From a virus, in the IMG/VR virus record IMGVR_UViG_3300002026_000030: 60,505 nt of DNA; one strand, written 5' to 3'. The translations under genes and the position numbers were made by a program. Every line of letters begins with the position of its first letter. The first letter of the stretch is position 1. Positions 43,744 to 51,830 of the stretch are shown here, piece by piece. The notes below the pieces were generated by a model. That model did no database searches. It worked only from the letters and a program-made list of their open reading frames with translations, and had not been told where the DNA came from.

Positions 43744-43758
43744 TTAATCACCGACTAA
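43744..43758. promoter_or_regulatory. TTAA-N7-CTAA box upstream of promoter 43690-43718
   Basis: TTAATCACCGACTAA, 25 nt upstream of the -35 hexamer. Confidence 0.45.
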
Positions 43759-43952
43759 TTACGGTCACGGGGTGGGGGGGTACTGGACCACGACCCGACC
43801 CCCCGGTGGCCCCCCCTTTACCTCAACCAGAAATATTTTTCCCCGAAAATACTTAATACGATAAAACCCCCGTACCCCATTAAATGCTAGGCCCTCGCAC
43901 CCCATAAAGTTCTGCGCTACCCTCCCCCCGCACCCCACCGCGGAGTTACCCC

Positions 43953-44948
43953 ATGTTCACTCGCATACGCGCGTTCGTACGCCAGAACGTTGAAGTCACC
44001 GTGTGGCTTCCCGTCATCGCGGCGCTGCTGTCCGCCGGCTGGTTCTTTACATGGTGGAGCGGGCTCGCCGTTGTCGAGCTTGGCCCCATCTTGATGGACT
44101 TCGCGATCCGCGCGCTTGGTGTGATTGGCGTGCTGTGGATCACGTGGTTTGCGAAGAAAGCCTACTGGAGCGATCTCTCGGAAAACGAGGAGAAAGCCCA
44201 CTCTGCGATCATCGACAACGAACCCTTTGGTGTCGACGCAGAGAACAGCTGGCGCAAACTGATCTTCGATCGCGCGCAGTTCGTCGTGATGTTCTTACTC
44301 GTACTGCTCGCTGCGAACTACGCGCAGGCCGCACCCCATGAAGCGCAGTGCATCCGCGATCTGATCGTGCGATGGGAGGTCGGCTCGAAGGCGCAGTACG
44401 ACCGCAAGTATCAAAGCCCGATCTGGCCCGGGGGCGCGTCAGGCGTCACGTGGGGTCTGGGCTACGACGGTGGTCACCAGCCGGTCCATGTCATCCGGGA
44501 AGACTGGGCGCAGCACCCCGACAACGTACGGCTTTCCGCCAGTTCGGGGGTGACGGGGCAAGCCGCGCGTGGGCTGGTGCCGTACTACCGCGGAGTGGTC
44601 GTGCACTGGGCCTTGGCCACCGAGGTCTTCGACGCAAGCTCCGCGCCGCGCTACATGCGGCTGGCCCGACAAGCGTACGGGCGGGGGTTTGACCGAGCGC
44701 CCATTGGGGTGCGGTGTGCCCTGACGGTGGAGACTTACAACCGCGGGCCCGCGATGACCGGGGATCGGAGGCTGGAGCGACGTGCGATCCGCGATGTATG
44801 CTTGACCTCAGAGCCGGTCGATGCGGCCTGCGTCGCGCGACAACTTGAAGCCAGCTGCCGAGTCTGGGCCAACGACAAACAAAACGGGACGGGACTATGC
44901 AACAGGCGGCGGGACGAGGCGCGAGTCGCGCGGGAGATAACGACATGA
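43953..44948 (+). CDS. membrane-anchored endolysin: holin-like two-TM N-terminus plus signal/SAR-like segment fused to a lysozyme-type (T4L/pesticin-like) muramidase
   Basis: GGAG 7 nt upstream; TM1 VTVWLPVIAALLSAGWFFTWW, TM2 ILMDFAIRALGVIGVLWITWFA, then FVVMFLLVLLAANYAQA|AP; catalytic-type pattern RWEVG..YD..SGVTWGLGYDGG. Confidence 0.6.
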   Translation: MFTRIRAFVRQNVEVTVWLPVIAALLSAGWFFTWWSGLAVVELGPILMDFAIRALGVIGVLWITWFAKKAYWSDLSENEEKAHSAIIDNEPFGVDAENSWRKLIFDRAQFVVMFLLVLLAANYAQAAPHEAQCIRDLIVRWEVGSKAQYDRKYQSPIWPGGASGVTWGLGYDGGHQPVHVIREDWAQHPDNVRLSASSGVTGQAARGLVPYYRGVVVHWALATEVFDASSAPRYMRLARQAYGRGFDRAPIGVRCALTVETYNRGPAMTGDRRLERRAIRDVCLTSEPVDAACVARQLEASCRVWANDKQNGTGLCNRRRDEARVAREITT

Positions 44949-45250
44949 GTATCGACCAGCGGTTGCACAACATGGAGTCATCCATACAGAGCGTGCAGGA
45001 GACGAATACCCGCATCGCTGACGCGCTGGAGCGACTCGTGATCCTCGAAACGCAGCACAGCGAGACGCGTGCCGCCATGGAGCGTGCGTTCAAGGCCATC
45101 GAGAAGTTGACCGACAAGATGACCGAGTACGAGAAGCGCATGCCCATGATCGACTACGTGCTCAAGGGTGCGGGTCTCGGCGTGCTGGGCCTGCTGGGCC
45201 TGATCGGCACCGCGCTGTGGTCGCTACTCTCTAAGGTGCCCGCGCCATGA
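44945..45250 (+). CDS. holin/antiholin candidate (coiled coil plus C-terminal TM)
   Basis: ATGA overlap with endolysin stop; 101 aa; C-terminal GAGLGVLGLLGLIGTALWSLL. Confidence 0.45.
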   Translation: MSIDQRLHNMESSIQSVQETNTRIADALERLVILETQHSETRAAMERAFKAIEKLTDKMTEYEKRMPMIDYVLKGAGLGVLGLLGLIGTALWSLLSKVPAP

Positions 45251-45609
45251 TCGACCTCAAGCTAATCGTCGGGCTGGGCATCGCCCTGTTCGCCAGCGTC
45301 GGTGCGAATTTGTGGCTCGCCCACAAAGTGCTCACGGGTAAGCTGGAGTGCGCGCACGCTGCGCAGGTCGCCCGAGTCGAGGGCATCGCGTCGGCATACG
45401 AGGGGCGCACCGACCTGCTCGGCGCCCAGATCGCGCTCGCCGGTGCCGACCGTGCCACGCTGCTCGCCAGCATCAACGAGATCCACAACCGCGAGAAAGC
45501 GACGCTGGCCCGACTCAGCGGCCTGATCGCTAAGCTCCCCACCCCCACATGTGCCCCGGGCGCGGACCGCGTCGAGGCATGGAACAGTATCGGACGAGGT
45601 GACCCATGA
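45247..45609 (+). CDS. i-spanin (Rz-like)
   Basis: ATGA overlap; N-terminal TM LIVGLGIALFASVGANLWLA followed by Ala/Leu-rich helical periplasmic domain; position in lysis cassette. Confidence 0.6.
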   Translation: MIDLKLIVGLGIALFASVGANLWLAHKVLTGKLECAHAAQVARVEGIASAYEGRTDLLGAQIALAGADRATLLASINEIHNREKATLARLSGLIAKLPTPTCAPGADRVEAWNSIGRGDP

Positions 45610-45700
45610 TCGCGAGCGTGCGTGAGCCAGACTTGAAGCGGGTCCTGAACCCCCTGTACGCGGCGTGCATCCGGGGCCTCATCAGTTGGGGCATCAAGCC

Positions 45701-46018
45701 GTGAACCGCATCGCGCTGATCATCGTCGCGTGCCTCCCGCTGTTCGGGTTCACGTCGTGTCGGAACCCTAAGCCGGAGCTACCCCCGGCGGTGCTCGACG
45801 TTGACCCCGCGTGCTGGCAGGCGTGCGTCACCGACGTGCCCGAGTGGGCTCCCGAGAACCCCGACGACCCCGGCGTGTGGGATACGTACCCCGTGCAGGT
45901 CACGGTACCGATGAAGGCGGAGTTGGACCGCTGCAGCGCCGTGAACCACCGCGCGTGCCAGCAGGCCCTACGTCGAGGAGTCGAGTTAAAGCTGTACACG
46001 ATCCCGTCAGATGATTGA
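45701..46018 (+). CDS. o-spanin (Rz1-like outer-membrane lipoprotein), separate (non-embedded) arrangement
   Basis: GTG 45701 (track start GTG 45665 also possible); signal plus lipobox-like LFGFTS|C; Pro-rich mature part with several Cys. Confidence 0.55.
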   Translation: MNRIALIIVACLPLFGFTSCRNPKPELPPAVLDVDPACWQACVTDVPEWAPENPDDPGVWDTYPVQVTVPMKAELDRCSAVNHRACQQALRRGVELKLYTIPSDD

Positions 46019-46517
46019 CGTCCACATCGTCTACACCCCGGGGCACGACCCCCCGATCGAAGGGATCATGCTGGTCCTGCGCCACGAGCCGGTGCGGGTC
46101 CGCGTCGTCATCGGTGGTAAGGGCCGCCTCGGGTTCTGTCGGGCCAAGGCCATCGCCGAGTCGCGAGCGCAGTGGGTTAGCTGGGTAGATCCAGACGACC
46201 GCATCGAGCCGGGGCTGTACCGCATCCTCGAGGAAGCCATCACGCCCGAGGCGCGCATGGTCCACACGTGGGAGTGGGAACACCCCGCCGACGGCAGTGC
46301 GCCGAAGATCAACAAGTTCGCACACCACGGCATCATCGTCCGCCGGGACGCAGCCCTGCCGTATTTGAACGAGATCAGCCTCCGGGGCGACAAGCACCCG
46401 GAGTTACCCCTGCAGGCGCTACGCCCGTGCGTGACCGTGCCGTGGCCCGGGTACCACTGGCACCGCCGCGAAGGGTCACTCACCCTGCCGCTTGAGCGCC
46501 ACGTCGCGCAGGGATAG
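46011..46517 (+). CDS. short GT2-like glycosyltransferase-fold protein
   Basis: 168 aa; VHIVYTPGH ... GFCRAKAIAESRAQWVSWVDPDDRIEP resembles the GT-A N-terminal half with DxD (DPDD). Confidence 0.4.
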   Translation: MIDVHIVYTPGHDPPIEGIMLVLRHEPVRVRVVIGGKGRLGFCRAKAIAESRAQWVSWVDPDDRIEPGLYRILEEAITPEARMVHTWEWEHPADGSAPKINKFAHHGIIVRRDAALPYLNEISLRGDKHPELPLQALRPCVTVPWPGYHWHRREGSLTLPLERHVAQG

Positions 46518-46547
46518 CATGGCGGCTCCAACCCCGGAGTAACGACC

Positions 46548-46982
46548 ATGCCCAAGGGCACCCGTCCAAAGAACAACGTCCGCGTCGGCTTCGACGCGCC
46601 CATGGGCCGCGACTCCGCCATGCTCAACGGCCGACCCGTCTCCGACGGTCGCGCCCGCGTCGCTGTGGGTGATCGCGCGCTCGCCGCGGCGAAGAACCAG
46701 CGTGGGGCGCAGGTGGCCTCCCGCGCACCGCGTCCGACCCCGCGTCCCGCAGCGCCCGCTGCTGGCCCGTCGCGCGTTGGCCCACTGTCGGTGAATGGTC
46801 GCGAGCGCGACAAGCAGTACGACCAGATCGTCGACGACGCCGTCAACGGCAAGCCGAAGCCGACCACGACCCCGCAGCCCCGAAACATGGCAGGCGGTGG
46901 CGCCGTAAAAGGTAAAGCCGGTAAGTGCGCGAAATGCGGTAAAGCCGCAGGATCTTGCGCCATGTGTAAGGCGAAGAAGTGA
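46548..46982 (+). CDS. basic protein with C-terminal CxxC-x6-CxxC knuckle
   Basis: GGAG 8 nt upstream; Arg/Pro-rich; ...NMAGGGAVKGKAGKCAKCGKAAGSCAMCKAKK. Confidence 0.55.
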   Translation: MPKGTRPKNNVRVGFDAPMGRDSAMLNGRPVSDGRARVAVGDRALAAAKNQRGAQVASRAPRPTPRPAAPAAGPSRVGPLSVNGRERDKQYDQIVDDAVNGKPKPTTTPQPRNMAGGGAVKGKAGKCAKCGKAAGSCAMCKAKK

Positions 46983-47221
46983 GCCACTTCCTCCTCTACC
47001 CGCCGCCGCTCGCTGCGCGCCGTAAGGCGTTGCAGTTGTCCGGTGATGCACCCAACGGGTTTGAGGGGGACGCTTACGCCTACCAGTACGCACTGACTGG
47101 GGGCAAAGGACCATACGCCGTGACCGTCATCAGTGGTGAGCTACCCGGAGGAGTGACGGTGTCGCCCACCGTCCCCGATGGCGGCCGGCCGCAGCTGACC
47201 GGCACGTTGCCGACCGTTTGA
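46979..47221 (+). CDS. small Ig-like (He_PIG-type) domain protein
   Basis: GTG start in GTGA overlap; YAYQYALTGGKGPYAVTVISGELPGGVTVS...LTGT fits the putative-Ig-domain pattern Y.Y....GG..PY.....G.LP.G. Confidence 0.4.
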   Translation: MSHFLLYPPPLAARRKALQLSGDAPNGFEGDAYAYQYALTGGKGPYAVTVISGELPGGVTVSPTVPDGGRPQLTGTLPTV

Positions 47222-48634
47222 TCATGTCCAGCCGCGAGTGGGTGGCGCAGCCGTGCGCGCTTCCGAGTAGGACTGCCCATGGCGACGCATTGCGCGGTCG
47301 ACCACGCGACCGTAGTGCGTACCGCCTGCTTGGAGCGCGGCGTACTGCAGCGCGTCCTGTAGGTCGCTGATCGGATGGCGCTTCTCCGGCCGGTCCTCCG
47401 GCTCGCCGTTCGTCTTGAGCTTGAAACGGTAGCTGTTCGCGAGGCCGTCGATCGTCTTCGGGCAATGGGTAGGGCAGGCGAGGAAGCCTTCGTGGGTCAA
47501 CAGGAAACGCTCCACCGCCTCGATTCGGCGCTCGACATCGTTCGTCGGTGCCGTGATGACTTTGAAGCCTGCCTGCAGCAGGATGTCGTACGGAGTGACG
47601 TCGTTGACGTCGTTCTTGGTTCGGCCGGCGGGGTCGATGACCGCGAGGATCGGCATGCCCGCGAAGCGCGAGACAACGTAAGGGCGGATGTACTGCCGCG
47701 CGAACTTCTCCATACCGCAGTCGCTCGCAAATATTTCGCCGAGTAAGCGCAAGCGCCCGCTCGCGTCGACCTGAGAGAAGATTGCCGCTGGGTTGCGCCC
47801 CTGATCCACGCCCATCAACACGAGCGTGTTGGGCATCGGCCGCAGCGTCGACGGCGCAACATGGCGACTTGACTCGAAACTCTGGCCATACACGGCCTTG
47901 CCGTCGAGCGAGTCCGGGTATTCGCACGTGATATGCGCCTGCACCCATCGCGGCGTCGCACTGTCGAGCAGCGCGCTGTAATAGTCCGCAGGCAGGAACT
48001 CGGTGTTCTCCGCCGCAGGCGACAGTGCGCTGGGCTGCTTGAGCACGATGCAGTTGCTGGGGCGGTCGAGTTCGAGGTAGTTGAACCACTCCGAGCCCCG
48101 GACGGGCATGTTCGACTCGCCCATCACGCCGTGCCACGTGGCTCCACCGTCCGTCTTGCTCGGGTAACGACCGGTACGCGAGAGCGCATCGGTGAGCAGC
48201 TGGAGGGGGATCTCGCGGAACTCCGACAACCAGATGCCGGTGTATTCCACCGACAGCAGGCGCTGTGCGTCCTCCGCGGTATCGAGCGGGCGGAACAAAT
48301 ACTCGCTGCGTACCACCGTGCCGTCGGGCAGCGGGAAGTTCAGCAGCAACGACATGTCGCTCTCGCGCCAGATGATCCGCTTGCCGTCAGGCGGGAGCCA
48401 GTCGAACACGGTCTTGAGTACGGAGTCGCGCAACTGTGGTCGTGTGTTACGTGCCACACCCCAGCGCGTCTTGCGCTCACCGTTGGCGTTAGGCGTCTGC
48501 TCGTGCGCGAGCTTGAGCGTCTTCATCAAAACGCCGGTGGTCTTGCCGCCACCGATGGGGCCGAGCAGCAGCTGGATTCGCGAGTCAAGCGCCGCGAATT
48601 GGCTAATGGTGCGTGCTGCGTTGTAGACCTTCAT
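47222..48634 (-). CDS. terL: terminase large subunit
   Basis: Walker A LLGPIGGGKTT, Walker B-like GIWLSEF, C-terminal nuclease-size domain; ATGA overlap with upstream small-subunit candidate. Confidence 0.85.
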   Translation of the reverse strand: MKVYNAARTISQFAALDSRIQLLLGPIGGGKTTGVLMKTLKLAHEQTPNANGERKTRWGVARNTRPQLRDSVLKTVFDWLPPDGKRIIWRESDMSLLLNFPLPDGTVVRSEYLFRPLDTAEDAQRLLSVEYTGIWLSEFREIPLQLLTDALSRTGRYPSKTDGGATWHGVMGESNMPVRGSEWFNYLELDRPSNCIVLKQPSALSPAAENTEFLPADYYSALLDSATPRWVQAHITCEYPDSLDGKAVYGQSFESSRHVAPSTLRPMPNTLVLMGVDQGRNPAAIFSQVDASGRLRLLGEIFASDCGMEKFARQYIRPYVVSRFAGMPILAVIDPAGRTKNDVNDVTPYDILLQAGFKVITAPTNDVERRIEAVERFLLTHEGFLACPTHCPKTIDGLANSYRFKLKTNGEPEDRPEKRHPISDLQDALQYAALQAGGTHYGRVVDRAMRRHGQSYSEARTAAPPTRGWT

Positions 48635-49116
48635 GCGTCAGATCCATCAGTCGTGCCCACGGTGATCGACTTGGTTGGCGTGTTGTCGCCGAAGTTGATC
48701 TGGATGATCGGGCCAGAGACGCCAGCGGCGCCGGCCTGCGTGGCGTTCTTCGTCAGCCCCGCTAGTTCCTTGAGTTCCGAGAACGCCTCCAGCCGGAGCG
48801 ACGCGCTGGCTTGCGGGTTCACCATGATGCCGACGACATCGACTATCCCGCTGTCCACCGCCAGCGCTGCCTTGCGGCGGATCTTCTCGGCGAGGCCATC
48901 AGGCGAGGCCAGTTCTTCCGTCGCCCGCCGGACCATATCGGTAAACACGGGCATGGACGTCAGCGCGGACCACTGGGCCGACGTCAACCCCCAGTGCGCG
49001 GCGAGGTCTTCGCCGCTGCCTAACTGCATCGCGAGGTCGCGGGCAAGTATCGGGGCTTTATGCCGGAGGAAATCCACCGGGATGTCACAAGAGACTAGCG
49101 GAAGTGGCGTGTACAT
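48631..49116 (-). CDS. terminase small subunit candidate
   Basis: position immediately upstream of terL with ATGA coupling; ATG 49116 preferred, track start GTG 49152 possible; no motif. Confidence 0.45.
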   Translation of the reverse strand: MYTPLPLVSCDIPVDFLRHKAPILARDLAMQLGSGEDLAAHWGLTSAQWSALTSMPVFTDMVRRATEELASPDGLAEKIRRKAALAVDSGIVDVVGIMVNPQASASLRLEAFSELKELAGLTKNATQAGAAGVSGPIIQINFGDNTPTKSITVGTTDGSDA

Positions 49117-49177
49117 GCGGATTACCCCATACTCGAAATTGCGGCGTACCACGCCACGATAGCTGGAGATCGCCCTC

Positions 49178-51244
49178 GTGTCTTTGCCTACTCAAAAAGT
49201 TACGCCGTTTTTGCGAGCGGCGCTCACCAATCAACCCGCGGAGTCTGTGCTCCCGGGCTACGCACCGCAGGCCATGGCGCTACCGCCGCCTGCCCCAGCC
49301 GACCCGTTCCCCGGGCTGGCCGGATACGTGCGCAAGTGCTTCGACGCTGCGAAGACGTCACGCCAGACCAACGGCATCGACGACCGCATGCTGACCGCGA
49401 TGCGCGCGATGCGCGGCGAATACGACAACCAGACGCTGGCGGCGATCAAAGAGTTTGGTGGCTCCGAAGTGTATGCCCGCATCACGGCGAGCAAAGTTCG
49501 CGGTACCGGCGCGCTACTGCGCGAGATCTACACCTCGACCGACCGCCCGTACGCGCTAGAGCCCTCCCCCGTGCCGTCGCTCCCGGGTGACGACGCCATG
49601 GCCGCCGTCGAGACGCTGATCGCGGCGGAAGTCTCCGAAGCGCAGTTGTCCGGTGCACCGGTGCCGGAAGAAGTCATCGCGAAGCGGCGCACCGACTTGC
49701 GCGCCCAGATCATGGAAGCGCAGCACAAACTCGCCATGGACGCCCTGCGCACGCGCGAGGCCGCCATCGACGACATCCTCTGGGAAGGCGGGTTCTACAA
49801 CGCGCTCTGGGACTTCCTCGGCGACGTTGCTTGCTTCCCGTTCGCAGTGCTCAAGGGCCCCATCGTCCGCATGCAGAGCGTCATGCGGTGGGAGGGCGGT
49901 AAGCCGACGGCAGTGGAGCAGCCCACCATGCAGTGGGAGCGGTGCTCGCCGTTCGACGTGTTCTTCGCCCCATGGGCGCAGAACCCGCAAGACGGCTACA
50001 TCATCCATCGCTACCCCATCGCCCCGGTGGCGCTGCGTGCCCTGCGCGACCTGCCGAACTACAACGCGGCGAAGATCGACGAGGTGCTTGAACTCAACCC
50101 GGACGCCATGTCTGAGTGGTTCGACTACGTGGAATCGGAGCGTGCTGAGTACGAGCAGCGCGACAGTCGCCCACTGGGCGATCAGTCCGGCTCAAGCTCG
50201 CGTCCGTTCCCGATGCTGGAGCTACACGACACGATCAAGGGTCAGCTACTGATCGACTGGGGCATGACGACCGAAGACGTGCCGGACCCCGGTGGCTTCT
50301 TCAACTGCACCGTGTACATGGTCGGTAACCATGTGGTCGGCGTACGCAAGAACCCGCACCCCACGGGCCGCAAGCCGTTCTACGTGGACAGCTTCGAGCG
50401 CATCCCGGGATCGCCGTATGGCCATGGCATCCCCGACCTGATCGACGACATCCAGAGCGTGGCCAACGCAGCGCTGCGCGCGCTGTGCAACAACCTCGCT
50501 ATCGCCTCTGGTCCGATGGGCTTCATCAACGAAGACCAGTTGGCGGAGAACGACCAGAACGCGACGCGCCTCTGGCCGTGGAAGATGTTTCGCACCACCG
50601 ACAGCATGGTGGGATCGACGGTCAAACCGGTCGAGTTCTTCCAACCCAACAGCAACGCGCAAGAGCTTTTCGGCGTGTACGAGCGCTTCGCGCAGATGGC
50701 CGACGAGATGTCGAGCCTCCCGCGCTACATGCAGGGCAACGCGACTGGATCTGGCGGTGCTGCGCGCACTGCGTCCGGCCTGTCGATGCTCATGGAAGCG
50801 TCGAACCGCACCATCAAACAGACCGTGGCGTCGATCGACCAGAACGTCATCGAACTCACGGTGCAAGACCTGAACGTGTACCTCGCACTGACGCGCCCGG
50901 ACATCGTGATCGAAGGCGACCTGACGGTCCGCGCTCGCGGTGCGGTCGAGCTTGTTCAGCGCGAAACGCTGCGCATGCGTCGTCTGGAGTTCCTGCAGAT
51001 CACGACCAATCCGGTGGATATGCAACTCACTGGCCTGCAGGGTCGTCAGACGATCCTCAAGGAAATTGCTCGAGACCTCGGCCTGCCGACCGCGCAGACC
51101 CTGCCGAACGACGCCAAGGCGATCGAAGCCGCGCAACAGGCGTCCATGGCCATGCCGCAGGCTGGCCCGGGCGGCGGACCCTCTAACGGCAACCCCGCGC
51201 AAGGGATGGCCCGCCCCGCGGCCAACAACCCCGGAATGTCCTGA
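49178..51244 (+). CDS. portal protein
   Basis: 688 aa; GTG start with TGGAGA 9 nt upstream; size and position (divergent from terminase, upstream of scaffold and capsid). Confidence 0.7.
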   Translation: MSLPTQKVTPFLRAALTNQPAESVLPGYAPQAMALPPPAPADPFPGLAGYVRKCFDAAKTSRQTNGIDDRMLTAMRAMRGEYDNQTLAAIKEFGGSEVYARITASKVRGTGALLREIYTSTDRPYALEPSPVPSLPGDDAMAAVETLIAAEVSEAQLSGAPVPEEVIAKRRTDLRAQIMEAQHKLAMDALRTREAAIDDILWEGGFYNALWDFLGDVACFPFAVLKGPIVRMQSVMRWEGGKPTAVEQPTMQWERCSPFDVFFAPWAQNPQDGYIIHRYPIAPVALRALRDLPNYNAAKIDEVLELNPDAMSEWFDYVESERAEYEQRDSRPLGDQSGSSSRPFPMLELHDTIKGQLLIDWGMTTEDVPDPGGFFNCTVYMVGNHVVGVRKNPHPTGRKPFYVDSFERIPGSPYGHGIPDLIDDIQSVANAALRALCNNLAIASGPMGFINEDQLAENDQNATRLWPWKMFRTTDSMVGSTVKPVEFFQPNSNAQELFGVYERFAQMADEMSSLPRYMQGNATGSGGAARTASGLSMLMEASNRTIKQTVASIDQNVIELTVQDLNVYLALTRPDIVIEGDLTVRARGAVELVQRETLRMRRLEFLQITTNPVDMQLTGLQGRQTILKEIARDLGLPTAQTLPNDAKAIEAAQQASMAMPQAGPGGGPSNGNPAQGMARPAANNPGMS

Positions 51245-51246
51245 TC

Positions 51247-51612
51247 ATGATGAAGCCCCCGATGAACCGCGCACGCAACGCGATGAGCGCCATGAAGACG
51301 GCGGTAAAGCGCCCGACGCAGATCGCCCTGAACAACCCCGTGGCCGCGCCGAAGACCATGGCGCCGAGCGGCAATCGCCCCATGGGCGTGTCGCCACCTC
51401 CGCTTACCAACCCCATGCCGATGTCCGGCGCGGAAGCCGCAAGTCGCGTCAAGACGGCCGCACAGCGGGGCGCTCCGATGCCCCAGCAGGCGATCCGTCC
51501 AGCGGTAGAGACGCAGCCCGGGTTTCGCAGCGAACCCACTCCTGTCGCCATGGCTGGCGGCGGGAAAGTGCGTAAGCCGGTGAAGAAAGCCACGAAGGCG
51601 AAGCGCAAATGA
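51247..51612 (+). CDS. small basic Pro/Ala/Met-rich head-module protein
   Basis: 121 aa; ends ...PVAMAGGGKVRKPVKKATKAKRK. Confidence 0.55.
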   Translation: MMKPPMNRARNAMSAMKTAVKRPTQIALNNPVAAPKTMAPSGNRPMGVSPPPLTNPMPMSGAEAASRVKTAAQRGAPMPQQAIRPAVETQPGFRSEPTPVAMAGGGKVRKPVKKATKAKRK

Positions 51613-51830
51613 AGCGCACCAAAGAAGTTGAAGCGAAACGGCGTACACAGCTTCAACGGCTCAGGAATCTTCCTGAGTTCGAGGCGTTGTTGGAATGGCT
51701 CGATGCTCGGGCCAAAGACCACTCACACGCCACCGTGTACACCACCCAGCCCACCCAGATGCACGTGTCGCAAGGCCGTGCGCAGGAGGCTGAATCTATC
51801 CTCAATGATCTAAAGGAACTTACAAAATGA
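51609..51830 (+). CDS. hypothetical head-module protein
   Basis: 73 aa, ATGA overlaps at both ends. Confidence 0.5.
   Translation: MKRTKEVEAKRRTQLQRLRNLPEFEALLEWLDARAKDHSHATVYTTQPTQMHVSQGRAQEAESILNDLKELTK

Noticed and set aside
41648-43952. tRNA or tmRNA genes in the two non-coding regions
   Set aside because: I could not find a T-loop (GGTTCGAATCC-like) or a cloverleaf arrangement by eye on either strand. tRNAscan/ARAGORN would be the decisive check.
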